Notes: generated from the letters alone by a model not told the origin. 64,000 nt of DNA from Octopus sinensis (GCF_006345805.1 NC_042999.1:140244001-140308000), one strand, 5' to 3'; positions 1 through 12,197 are shown, numbered from the stretch's first letter. Translations and numbers: made by a program.

Positions 1-1497
1 ATCTCTTCCATAACTGGAAGGTGTTCAATTTTTTCTATTGTCCTCATGTCAACAGATGATGGTCTATTCAAAAGTGCAGAAAAATGTTCTACCCAACGTT
101 TATGAATAGAAGCAGTGTCAGTCAGAAGAAAACATCCATTTGCTATTCTCAGTGGAGCTATTGAAGAAGATTTTGGGCCATATACCTCCTTAACATAAGA
201 GTACAAACCCTTGGCATCATTTCTTGTGCTTCTTGTGCTCCTTTTGCTCTATCATTCCACCATTCCTGTTTAATTTTCCTTAGTGCAGTCTGCACTTTCC
301 TTTTCAGCTTTCTGTAAGCTACGTTCGAGTTAGGGTTCAAGGACTGAGAAAGAAGTGTATTGCCTAAGTTTTGTTTTTCTAAAAGTAGATCATGAATTTC
401 TGCTGATCTATCTGAGAACCAGTCACTCAAATTATGTGATTTAAATCCCACTGAAGAACTTGCAGCCTGAAATACTTTTGTTTTGAAATCTTCCCATAGA
501 TTGTTTGGGTCAAGATCGATATTTTCTATAGCATCGTGGAATCTTTGCAAGTTGCTTGATAATTTAAAGTTTGCAATATTTAACTTTCTGGGTACCTTAG
601 GACCAGACTGTCGATTTTTAGACATTATCAAAAAATCTATTTTTCCATGCACTAGATGATGGTCAATCCAGCTCTCTGCCCCTCTCATGGCCCGAATGAT
701 AGAAACATCTTTCATATCACATTTTCTGATCAGAATATAATCCATGAGATGCCAGTGTTAGATCTTGGATGCATCCATTTGGTTTTATATTTATTTTTCT
801 GCTTAAACAGAGTGTTGGTGATAACCAGATTATTCTCAATACAAAACATCAAAAGAGCTACTCCATTTTTACTGCATTTTCCAATCCCATGTCGACCTAA
901 AACAGGCCATGAAACATAGTACTTTTCAACTCTTGAATTGAAATCTCCCACCATAACCAGCTTGTCAAAAATTGGTACTTTCGTCAATAATTGTGCTAGA
1001 TCATCATTAAACTGTCCTACAGTTTCATCAGAATGGGACATTGTTGGTGCATAAATACTGACAACGGTAAGAAACCTACTTTTTGTCAGCTTAATATGGC
1101 ATGACATGATCCGCTCAGATATACCACTTAGAAGCTCTGCAATGGAGGATACTAATATATTCTTGAGAGCAAACCCAACACCAGATTCTCTATGCTGACC
1201 TCTAGGTAGGCCTCTCCAAAAGATAGTATATTCATAAGTAAGTTCATTTACTTGACCCTCACCAGAGAGACAAGTTTCAGAGAGCGCAACAACATCAAGG
1301 GAATATTTCTTAAGTTCACATGCAATACGTGCAGTATGCCTTTCTGGCCTCTTGTTGAAATTATCATCAAGAAGTGTGCACACATTCAAACAACCAAAAT
1401 TCAAAGGATGTTTATTTTTACTTTTTCCTGAAGATTGTTTGACCACAGTGGCAGGATGATGACCAGGTCCAGCCTGTGATACAGTATACAATGATAG
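1..1497 (-). mobile_element. RTE-clade LINE, 5' part of ORF2 (APE endonuclease and linker), frameshifted, runs off the left edge
   Basis: Translation gives the APE motifs [32 protein letters not shown] and LVITNTLF...WMHPRS. There is a frameshift near 750 into [11 protein letters not shown]...DHHLV. Confidence 0.92.
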
Positions 1498-1535
<38 letters not shown>

Positions 1536-1682
1536 TATATATATACACACATATATATATATATATACACACACATATATATATATATACACACATATAT
1601 ATACACACATATATATACACATATATATATATATACACATATATATATATATATAAACACATATATATATATACACATATAT

Positions 1683-1727
<45 letters not shown>

Positions 1728-2256
1728 CACACATATATATATATATATATACACACATATATATATATACACACACATATATATATACACACATATATAT
1801 ATACACACATATATATATACACATATATATATATATACACACACATATATATACACACACATATATATACACACACATATATATACACACACACACACAC
1901 ATATATATACACACACACACACACATATATATACACACACACACACACACATATATACACACACACACACACACATATATACACACACACACACACACAT
2001 ATATATACACACACACACACATATATATACACACACACACACACACATATATATACACACACACACACATATATATACACACACACACATATATACACAC
2101 ACACACACACACATACACACACACACACACACATATATATACACACACACACACACATATATATACACACACACACATATATATACACACACCACACACA
2201 CATATATACACACACACACCATATATACACACACACACACACATACACACACACAC

Positions 2257-2342
<86 letters not shown>

Positions 2343-2374
2343 ATATATTATATATATACACACATATATATATA
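1498..2374. repeat. 877-bp compound (TA)n/(CA)n microsatellite
   Basis: Almost uninterrupted alternating purine-pyrimidine sequence. It explains the long YI/CV/TH ORFs in the track. Confidence 0.98.
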
Positions 2375-2578
2375 GTTAATCCAAACATGAAAGCACAAAA
2401 AACACAACAACGCGAGGATGTGGAACAAATATAGTATTATTGGATGCTCAGGAAAGAAGGAAAGAAGGAGGGTTTAATATTTTGAGTGGAGCTCTTCGTC
2501 GGAAACATAGGAGAAGGAAAGATCTAGAGAAGGGAAGACAGACGAAAAAAAAAATTGCCAACGGTACACACACGGTCA
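2375..2578 (-). repeat. Microsatellite-embedded repeat carrying a decayed minimal hammerhead-like motif (Penelope-associated type)
   Basis: Minus strand reads CCGACGA-AGAGC-TCC-ACTC-AAAAT, i.e. a CTGANGA/stem II/GAAAC core with CpG-type substitutions. The family assignment is from recall. Confidence 0.4.
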
Positions 2579-2660
2579 CATATATAAATATATACATATA
2601 TATATATATATATATACACATATATGCGCATATACATATTTATATATACACACACACACA

Positions 2661-3118
2661 CATCATCATCATCATCATCGTTTAACGTCCGCTTTCCATG
2701 CTAGCATGGGTTAGACGGTTCAACTGGGGTCTGGGGAGCCCAAAGGCTGCACCAGGCCAGTCAGATCTGGCAGTGTTTCTACAGCTGGATGCCCTTCCTA
2801 ACGCCAACCACTCCGAGAGTGTAGTGGGTGATTTTATGTGCCACCGACACAGGTGCCAGACGAGGCTGGCAAACGGCCACGCTCGGATGGTGTTTTTCAT
2901 GTGCCACCGACACAGGTGCCAGACGAGGCTGGTAGATAGCCACGCTCGGATGGTGTTTTTTATGTGCCACCGACACAGGTGCCAGACGAGGCTGGCGAAC
3001 GGCCACGCTTGGATGGTGTTTTTTATGTGCCACCGACACAGGTGCCAGACGAGGCTGGCGAACGGCCACGCTTGGATGGTATTTTTTATGTGCCACCGAC
3101 ACAGGTGCCAGACGAGTG
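2661..3118 (-). mobile_element. RTE-type 3'-tail retroposon (SINE or short LINE copy) ending in (GAT)n
   Basis: (CAT)n-CGTTTAACGTCCGCTTTCCATGCTAGCATGGG, shared with more than 10 other copies in the window and with the RTE 3' ends at 11770 and 55447. Confidence 0.85.
2832..3116. repeat. 63-bp tandem repeat, ~4.5 copies
   Basis: GTGCCACC recurs at 2838, 2901, 2964, 3027 and 3090. Confidence 0.95.
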
Positions 3119-3121
3119 TGC

Positions 3122-3310
3122 ACTCGTTTTAGTCATTGAACTGCAGGCATGGTGGGTCACTGTCTTCAAGGATTTAGTCAAACTGATCTCACTACTAATT
3201 CTATTGGACTCTTTTGTTGAACTGCTAAGTTACAGGAGCATAAACAGATGAACACCAGTTGTCAAGTGGTGGTAGTGGACAAACACATACAAAAAAAAAA
3301 CACACACAAA
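3122..3310 (-). mobile_element. 3' half of a tRNA-derived SINE (same family as 48358-48718)
   Basis: Reverse complement resembles the 3' part of the copies at 45600-45790 and 48540-48718. Confidence 0.6.
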
Positions 3311-3879
3311 TGGTATATCCTTTTAGTGCTCAGATTAATTTGTCAAATGTAATGCTTATCTATTCACATTAATTTTGATTTATTCAGGTTCAAGTGGGCT
3401 GTTAATTTTCTACATACAGATTTGAAATTTTGTAACTGGGTGCTTATAAGCCAGTGGTTTATAATTACGTAATTTTAGCTGATATATATAAAAGACAAAA
3501 TAGAGTGAAAAAACTATAGAAGGCTCGTGTTATATGGTTAAAAAATATATTTAAATCATTATGTTAGAGAAATGTTATAAAATTTAGCGTATAGTACATT
3601 GTTTTTGGAGAAATAACCAGTTTCGTATTTTCTTTTCAACTTTCTCAAATTTCTTTACCTATATTGTGTCGTGCCTTCACTATGTTGTGAAATATGGAGT
3701 TCCAGACAGGAGAAGGTAATCAGGGATTTTTTCGGTATAAATGTTGGGAATGACTAGGTTTTATAAATTTAACATGATTTGGTTTAGAAGGAATAGAATG
3801 TTACAAGTGGTTAGGTTTTGCTTTATATTTTTTTCAATGAAATCACCTACAACCACCATTTTTGCACCACCTAAACCTA

Positions 3880-5457
3880 AACAGTGAATAAGCTGACAGC
3901 CAACACATTTATGAAATAGATTACACCAAATCTAAAGATCACCCATACACCAGGGACAGAACATACCAACAACGTACCAATACCAAGCATAACCACCCCA
4001 TAACAACACTAGGATAAGAAGCACACCACATACCCAAAGTTACTGGTCCCCACCGAACACAAGAACAGCACAAAATATCACTAGGTCAAGAAGCACCCCT
4101 CATACAAGAAATTCCAAACAAAAATATACTGCATACAGAAATGTTACACACATCACTAACCCAAACACCCATAGACACCCACACTCACATAACAATCTGA
4201 GGCAACAATACCACCAATCCCTTGGACCAATCCCATACAATCTCACAGACAGCTCATGCAAACAAAATTGCAACTAATATTTTTAGCCCCATACCAGAGA
4301 CACCAGGACACAGGTTGGAACCTGATGATCAGGAAAAACCGAAGATAATTAACCTCTCAACTAAACCTCTTCCAAGCACAAAAATAGACATCCTTTCAAA
4401 AGAGTTAAAATTCACCCCAACTTCATGCAGAGCCAACCAAAATGAAGTGAAGGACAGTATAATGGAAATCTGTAGAAAATTAAGACTCACAGAAGCATTA
4501 ACCAATTACAATACTGAAGGTGACTCACAAACAAAAGTGAACATATTCCCCACAAAGGAAGAAATAAAAATCTTGATGAATTCTGCAACCACATTGAGAA
4601 CTTTCCCTCCACATCATGCATAAACAGACAGTTAACTTAAACTTTAACACTACACAATGGAAGGAACTAAGAGAACTTCCAAATAGTGAAGATATACTGA
4701 TTAAGGAAACAGATAAAGGAAGTGCAGTGGTAATAATGGACACATTATACTATAGAAATCTAGTAATCTCCATGCTTAATGACAGTCAACATTATGAAAA
4801 AATCACAAACTACACCCCGCAAAAAATAATGAAAACTCTATCCTCACTATTTAAAACCCAGGGAAAAGAACTGACAACCAAAGAAATTGACCTTCTAACA
4901 AACTTTAAATGCAAACATAACCTTTTCTATGGTCTACCGAAAATCCACAAAAGCCAGATGAAACCATTAATAAACCACCAAAGACATACACACATACACC
5001 AGTGAACCTAAAATTATGACCCATTGTAACTGGCCCAGCCTGTGAAACACACAGACTAAGTCTATTTATGAACATCCTCCTGAAACACTTCCTTAAACAC
5101 ATCAATAGCCATATCAGAGATGACTTGGATATGTTAAATCACCTCCCCAAAAAAGTCAAGGAAGAAACAATCATGGTTTCATTTGATGTAATTAATTTAT
5201 ATACCAGTATACCTCATAATTATGGGCTAGAGGCAATTCAGTTCTGGCTGGACCAATTTCTGGAAGAAATACCAGAAAGGATAAGCAAAGAATTCATAAT
5301 TGAATCGGTTGAATTCATCTTACAAAACAACCACTTCATGTTTGACAATACGTTTTATCAACAAAAATCCGGAATTGCCATGGGCACTAGGGCAGCTCCA
5401 GTCACTGCGAACCTAACAATGGACTATCTGGAAATGATAATATACCAGGAATCTTAA
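3880..5457 (+). mobile_element. Penelope-like element (PLE) reverse transcriptase, frameshifted and 3'-truncated
   Basis: PLE RT motifs IINLS, ILIKETDKGSAVVIMD, FYGLPKIHK, PIVTGP, VSFDVINLYTSIPH and FYQQKSGIAMGT across three broken ORFs. Confidence 0.9.
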
Positions 5458-6093
5458 TGGAAACCCCCTTTCCCAGCCGAACAAAGGGTGATGAGAAAAG
5501 GAGAGACAAGTAGATCAGGAATGCATTATTGGAGGTGCCATGAGCATAGTAGTTGAAAGCAAAGGTAGCAAGCTTATGGACCAGGGACTGGAACAATCTG
5601 AGTGATTTTATGCCAATCACTCAGGTGGCCTTTTCTCTGGATGTGACTAAGATGTCTATGTGCATCAATCCAGATGTGAGAACAATACATCCGTGCAGGC
5701 GTCACCCAAACTTTTAGGGTGCCAATAATTTTGTGGGGTTGGAGTATGTTTGAGCATTAAAGGGAAAGGTCAGTCACTGGAATGCAATCTTTGCTATATG
5801 TCATGGCTGTGATTTCAGTAGAAGTCCTCAGTGATAGTCAGGCCCAACATTTGAAGCAACAGAGCAGGCCATATTGCTTGCTGATCTTGATCTCTCTTAT
5901 ATCCAGTTATTCATTCAGCTTATTTTTACTCTGACATTCACATGCACAAACACATAAATTCATCGAAGCATGCTTGCTTTGCATCTTTCTAGCCTTTACA
6001 GGTCTTCTGCATTTAAGGCCTACATATCTTATTATCATGCAACATCACAATACAAACACAAGTATCAACCCCACAAACAATAAAGAAACTTAC

Positions 6094-6188
6094 CCTTTGT
6101 ATATGGAATTGAGTCCTGATGATGTGTTGTTGTTGTTGCTGCTGCTGCTGCTATTGTTGTTGCCATTGGAAAGCACTGGATAATCCAT
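6094..6188 (-). CDS. Candidate start-codon exon of an unidentified - strand gene (MDYPVLSNGNNNSSSSSNNNNTSSGLNSIYK-G)
   Basis: Strong donor GG|GTAAGT at 6094/6093, acceptors at 6204 (CTGCAG) and 6224 (TTAACAG), and ATG in an AAGATGG context with an in-frame stop upstream. No homology recognised. Confidence 0.4.
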
Positions 6189-6599
6189 CTTTAGTGAGGG
6201 CTAACTGCAGTGAACAGTTATAAACTGTTAATAAATGAAAACAACAAAAATAGAATACAATTTTGAATCACATGACCATACATGTGTATGTGATATAGAG
6301 TGAACACTAATTCAATATAATGTAACAGACTTAGTGAGACAATGCCCCATCCTATTTGATGCTGTTTTGGCTATATTAAGTTTTGCAAAACCTCCATAAA
6401 GAGTGTCTCAGATCATTAAGCTTTGTATTTGAAAGAAATATGACAGTTTGAGCTATGTTAGAACATGTATCCAGTGCACTGGAAAATGATGCCAGTATCA
6501 ATAATAAATGAAGTAGTCCTTGAGCCAGTGACCACTACTTTGCATCAAGTTTTGGAGAATATACCACCATGATCCAAAATCATGAAATAGATACTTTCA

Positions 6600-6955
6600 A
6601 GATCACAACATACATGTACACTGCAACATAATTTCTTTTCCTCAACAGGCCCTGCCCTATTTAACATTGTCCCGAGGGAGATCAAAGAGGAAAAGGATCC
6701 CATCAACTTTAAACAGAGTCTGGATAGATTCCTTCAAAGAATACCAGATAAGCCACCCATAATTGGATACAACTCACCCAACAAGAACTCATTACTTGAA
6801 CAAAACTGGATACAACTCACCCAACAAGAACTCACTACTTGAACAAAACTTGACTTAAACAGGATTCGAATAATCCTATCAGGTGGTGCTATTAAGTTAG
6901 ACATGGCCTGGACCAATCTCTGGTCGAAACATATCTAAGTTTATCTAAGTTTATC
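6600..6955 (+). mobile_element. CR1/L2-like LINE 3' end with short tandem tail
   Basis: TGPALFNIVP...FKQSLDRFLQRIPDKP...GYNSPNKNSLLE C-terminus. A 43-bp tandem duplication lies at 6764-6850, and the tail is (TATCTAAGTT)n. Confidence 0.8.
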
Positions 6956-7380
6956 ACATGTTAACTGAAATATACCACCAGTTCTTTAGCAAAAAGCAAC
7001 CATTGTTTCTGGTTTGCTGGCTGCCTTGAGGAACCATGGTATTCTGCTGACAAGTCACAGCTTAAAGCTGCATTAAAAATATTGGTTAGCTTATAAGTGA
7101 ATAAGTAAATCTACATATTGATATTTCTTTGATAGTTGTTTGAAATTATTTTTACACCCAAACACAGCCTGAGACATCTGTACATGGAAATAATAACCAG
7201 TATGAAACCAACATGCCAAGGCTACTACTGTTTCTATGACACAAACGTCCTGTTTTAAAGTGATGTTAATTATAACCTGCCATCAACATTTCAAGTAAAT
7301 CTATGTTCTAAGCATATCTGCCTTAGACAAATAAATTAGAAAAATATCTTTGTTGTTATTAGGCTTAGAATATAATTTAC

Positions 7381-7930
7381 ATCATCATCATCATTTAACG
7401 TCTGCTCTCCATGCTGGCAAGGGTTAGCTGGTTTGACTGGAGCTGATGAGCCAGAGAGCTATACTAGGTTCCAGTTTGTTTTATGGTTTCTACAGATGGA
7501 TGCCCTTCCTAATGCTAACCACTCCAAGAGTGTAATGGGTGCTTTTACATGCCACTGGCATGGGTACCATTTACATGGCACAAGCAGTGATTCCGGCAAT
7601 TCATGGTTGCCATTTGCATGGCACCAGCGGCCACAATTCCTGAGGTGCCAATTTATATGGCATCATCGATGACCATGACTACGATGCACAGGTGTCATTT
7701 ACATGGTACCAGCATTGACCCTGACAATTCACAAGTGCCATTTACATGGTACCATCAATATCTACAACTACAATGCGTGGGTGTCATTTACATTGCACAA
7801 GCAGCAACTGCAACGATTCATGGTTGTCATTTGCATGGCACCAGCAATGACCATGATTACAATGCACAGGTGTCATTTACAAGGCACCAACATCAACCAT
7901 GACAATTCACAAGCGTCATTTACAATACAA
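7381..7930 (-). mobile_element. RTE 3' UTR and tail with internal 38-47-bp tandem array
   Basis: (CAT)n-TTTAACGTC tail; the core CATTTACATGGCACC recurs 9 times between 7568 and 7917. Confidence 0.8.
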
Positions 7931-9600
7931 GGGTTTATCTTTGGCTAGGTACTTCTCCTGTAGCTGCCTTACTAAGAATATAGCATCAGTGGTGCTTCTC
8001 CCTGGCACAAAACCAAACTGCACCGCATCTGGATAAACTCTGCTCCTAATTAGTTGGGCTATGACCTTCTCCATAACTTTTATTGCCTGATCTAACAGTT
8101 TGATACCTCTGTAATTATTTCTGTCCAAGGTATCACCTTTACTTTTGCAGCAGTTGACTATGATGCTGCAACACTAGTCACTGAGCATGACTCTATCATG
8201 TACAACCTAATTTACTATATGGGTAATCAGCCCATAACCTACATCACCAAATTTTTAAGCATCTCAGCAGTAATTCCTGAAGGACTGGGGAGGGGGGTGT
8301 CTTGGTTTTCATATCCTTCACGGTTTTGTCTATCAAGCTTCTGTCTATTCCGATTGCTACCGCTCTGTTGGATCCACATTATGCAGACTCTCCTCCCATG
8401 AGTTCTCTACATTCAGTAGTCTTTCATAGTGACATTTCCAAGCCTCTTTCTTTGCAGAGTTACTAACTGCAAGTAAACCATCATCCATACAAACACACTT
8501 TTCTCCCACAACATCACAATTATTCCTAAGCCAAAACATTTCAAGCCTCTGGTCCTCATGCTGTAAGACATTGGTAAACTTTTCCCTTTCTGCTTCACTC
8601 CCAGCTAAGTACACCTGCTTCCTAGCTTCTCTTCTAGTTGCCTGACATAACTCTTTGCTATCACCATCCTTCTAGTCATTCCAAGCCTGTTTCTTTGCTT
8701 TAATGGCCCTGTCAACCACCACCACCACATCACCCTTGGCCTGGCTGGGACTTTGCACCAACCACAAATTTGGTCTGCAGCAATGTGGTCCTGATGGAAC
8801 TTCCACTTAACCACTTTGCTACAAGTCTGTAACTCCTCCTCTTTCTCATCATATGCTTCATTTAGGACATCTCTAAATCTCTGGCTAATCAAAGGATTTT
8901 TAAGCTTCCATAGCCTTCTTTTCCAAACTGGCTTGCTTCTTGGAATCTAACAAGCCAGTAGTTTAAAGTCCCCAATGAGTAACCTATGCTGTGGAGTGTA
9001 TTCTTCTCCAGGAAAGGCCTTTGGATTTATGAGCACCCATGAGTATAGTCAATCTGGCTTGTATGGCCACTGAATTTACAGGTTATCAAGTGAATGGGTG
9101 GCTTTCTGGAGTTAGTGTTGCAGATCATTAGGTCATTTGTGTCACAGAACTCCAGCAGCCTTGTACCCGCCTCATTTCAGGAACCAAATCCGTGTCCCCC
9201 CATGGAATATACCTGGGTGCCGCCCAACATGTCCATTGAAATTACTAACCTCAAAGATAAGGTCATGATCATTTGTCTTTGAAGTGGCCTGCAGAAGAGT
9301 GTCATAGAAGCAGTCCTTCTGTTCATTTGGCAGACCTGGTTGGGGGACGTAGGCCAAGATAATTGTTGCCATGCTATTCTGCAAAACTAATCTAAGCTTA
9401 AGTACCCTATCACATATTCTGACTACTTCAATCATCTTATTCATTTCTCAGCTAGAAGTATGCCAATATTTCCTAGCCCATTGCTGTTGCCCTCCCAGAA
9501 GAATTTATACCTCACTTTAAAAGAGAAGTTTGGATCATAGAATCAAGGGTGGCCTTGGCATGTAGGGTAAAGGAGATGCCTTAGATAAAATTACAGAGGT
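7931..9600 (-). mobile_element. RTE LINE 5' half (APE, linker, start of RT), internally deleted and joined to the 7381-7930 tail
   Basis: RICDRVLKLRL...AYVPQPGLPNEQKDCFYDTL...FNGHVG, then NNYRGIKLLDQAIKVMEKV...QFGFVPGRSTTDAIFLVRQLQEKYLAKDKPLY. Confidence 0.88.
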
Positions 9601-9619
9601 ATCAAACTGCTGGACCAGG

Positions 9620-11770
9620 TTTTGAAAGTTACTGTTGTAGCCCAATTAATTAGAAACAGTTAGAGTAGATAAGATGCAGTTTGGTTTTGTGCCTGGTAGA
9701 AGTACTATTGATGTTATCTTTTTAGTCAGTCAACAGCAGAGTATTTAGCTAAGAGCAAACCATTATACTTGGCATTTGTCAGTCTGGAGAAAGCCTTCAG
9801 CCAAGCCCTTCACTGTGATATGGTGGTCTCTGAGGATGCTAGGGATAGATGAATGGCTTGTGAAAGTTATGCAAGCTGTGAGTACAGTAATGAATTTCAG
9901 GTGCAGGTAGGCATGCATCAGGCCTCAGTTCTCAGTCCCCTCTGTTTATCATTGTCCTCTAGGCCTAAGACTGGCTGCCCCTTGGAACTACTATATGCTG
10001 ATGATAATGCACTCAGTGGAATCTGTTACAGAATTAGAAAAGCAATTCCAAGTGTGGAAGCAAACTTAGAATCAGGTCATTAACTTAGAAAAGATTAAGG
10101 TTCCAGTAAGCAAGAAAATTAGACAAGACCCTACCTCCCTCTGGTAAATGGCTCTGCTCAATATATAGAAAAAGTGTAGGTAGAAATTTCATGTAGTGTA
10201 ATCAATGCAAGCTATGAACACAGAAGAGGGACAGTGAAATCACAGTAAGGTTAAAAGAGAAAGTAGTTTTTGTATGTAGAAAGTGCACAGATGTCATAGT
10301 CTAAGATCACACAGGAAATTGATGTTCTCAAATTCCCTGGAGATTCCTTAGAGGTAGTAGATAGTTTCTGTTATCTAGGTGACCTAATTAGCAGTGGAAG
10401 ATGTTCTGAAAATGTAGTCAATAGAATAAGAATAGGATGGAGAAAGTTCAGAGAGCTATTATCTCTATTGGGAGAGGTAATACAATCTGCCTTTATGAAT
10501 GAAAAGCAGATAGCATACTTGTGAACATACAGCAATGCTCCCATGGTGGTAAGATTTGGGCCCTGAATGCAGAGGACATGCGAAGACCAGAGAGAAATAA
10601 AGCTAGAATGCTCTGTCCAATAAGGTGCAAATGTACTGAGAGAAAAGTTAGGCATCAAAGGAATTAGATGCAACATACAGGAGAGAAAATTGAACTGGTT
10701 TGATCATGTGATGTGTAAGGATGAGGACAGTTGCATAAAGAAGTGCCAATCACTTAAAGTGGATGGCACCTGCCAAAGTGAGAGACCAAGGAAGATATGG
10801 GACGAAGTATTGAAAACTGATCTGAAGATGCTGGGCCTTACAGAGATGACAAAGGACTAAGATGACTGGCATTTTGCTGTACTTAATAAGATCCATCCAT
10901 TACAGTAAAAACGACATCCCATAACCACTCAGTTATACTTGCATGTACATGCAAGGACCTGTACCCCACCATTTTCATCCCTTCCTCATCTATGATACTA
11001 ATCAGCTACTTTATTCACTTGAGAACAGAATATGCACATATTACATCCCAGCCCCTCCCTAACTGTCCCCAACATTCCTCAATCATTGTTGCCCACACTA
11101 TTTCAACCCATCACCACCCACTCCTTTCTGTGCCATACTCCATTCTAAACACCTCTCTTATTTTGCACCTACTTTAGCCATTCCTATATCTCTCATTGTA
11201 CCCCTCTCAGTACTAGTATTTTCTATCACCTACACTTCCACCCTTGCTAATCACTCACAATATTAACCTCCACCTGTTTACTCCCCCTCACACTCCAATG
11301 AAAGCATCTAGACACTCTCTCACTCTTCCCATAACCACTGTTTGCATCCTCTCTTTTGCTCACCTCCCTGTTCCTTGAGAGTTTGCTCTAATATCCCATC
11401 ACTACCTTCCCTTTATCTCCTTCAGCCATCTATCTCCTCTATAGCAAGACACCTATGCTTGTCCCTCCATCATAATTTAAACTTTCAACACCTGGCATAA
11501 AGCCACTCACTTCTACCTTCCTCTCCCAAATATTTCCTCTTAGTAGCAGGGGAGCCTTTTCCCTTTCCTTCTTGCAAGTTTCATGGCAACCTCACTAGTG
11601 TCAGTAACAGGTAAAAACCTCCCAGTACTCTCTGTAGAATGGGTGTTAAAAACATCCAGCTGTAGAAACCATACTAAAGATGGCATCAGAGCCCGACACA
11701 GTCCTGCAGCTTGCCAATTTCTTGTCAAACTGTCCAAGCCATGCCAACATGCTAAGTGGAAATTAATGAT
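9620..11770 (+). mobile_element. 5'-truncated RTE LINE (RT 3' half, pyrimidine-rich 3' UTR, (GAT)n tail)
   Basis: MQFGFVPGRST, VGMHQASVLSP, LLYADD, DSFCYLGDLI and GRPRKIW; the tail ends at ...TAATGATGA near 11770. Confidence 0.88.
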
Positions 11771-12126
11771 GACAATATTTTTCTAAATTCGTTGTTATTT
11801 TCAAAATTAATTGATTCAAACGCAATATATTTAGAAAGAAATATGGTAACAAAAGGGTTAACAGTCCTAGTATTAGCATAGCTGAGCTGTTTGTGCTTTA
11901 ATCTTAGCAGTAATGTCCAGTAGGGGTTGAAACAAAATTCTGTCTCAGTGCGTGTGTCATTGCAGGTGAAAGTGTCAATCATTTCGACCATCAACTGCCT
12001 CAGGGTGTCATCAAATGTCATCTTTCTAATGACACTAAAGTCATGACTTAGCATTTTCAACTCTTTCCTATAAATTTGAAACATCATGCATGACAGCAAG
12101 TTCTTTGTTAACTTGGTTTTTAACAG
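11752..12126 (-). CDS. Candidate terminal or large exon of an unidentified - strand gene (LLKTKLTKNLL...FNPYW...LIST*)
   Basis: Acceptor CCATTTAG| at 12127/12126 continues in frame after a 71-nt GT-AG intron into a 124-codon ORF. An alternative acceptor at 12067 gives ERVENAKS*. Confidence 0.35.
   Translation of the reverse strand: MLKTKLTKNLLSCMMFQIYRKELKMLSHDFSVIRKMTFDDTLRQLMVEMIDTFTCNDTRTETEFCFNPYWTLLLRLKHKQLSYANTRTVNPFVTIFLSKYIAFESINFENNNEFRKILSSLIST
11770..11861. mobile_element. Terminal fragment of a MITE-like repeat ending in AGGG|TTAA (piggyBac-like end)
   Basis: ...ATATGGTAACAAAAGGGTTAA. An older fragment probably of the same family lies at ~7130-7370. Recognition of the family is from recall. 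Confidence 0.5.
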
Positions 12127-12197
12127 CTAAATGGAATCATAAGTTTTATTTAACTACTAATGCTGCTGGGAAAGGCATTAATGTCATTACTATTTAC

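Noticed and set aside
730-2388. 552-aa ORF and the overlapping 262-285-aa YI/CV/TH ORFs
   Set aside because: The N-terminal two-thirds is translated microsatellite with no stops by construction. Only the RTE endonuclease part is meaningful.
2698-3251. ORFs with repeated CHRHRCQTRL or HHPSVAV peptides
   Set aside because: Products of the 63-bp in-frame tandem repeat inside a retroposon; no evidence of coding function.
7568-7930. CRISPR-like pattern of conserved cores with variable spacers
   Set aside because: Eukaryotic context, no cas genes, degenerate repeats, spacers related to one another, and the array lies within a retroposon 3' UTR.
7931-11770. Twin-priming 5' inversion of a single RTE
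   Set aside because: The geometry fits superficially, but each half has its own (GAT)n tail and the overlapping RT segments are strongly diverged, so these are two independent back-to-back copies.
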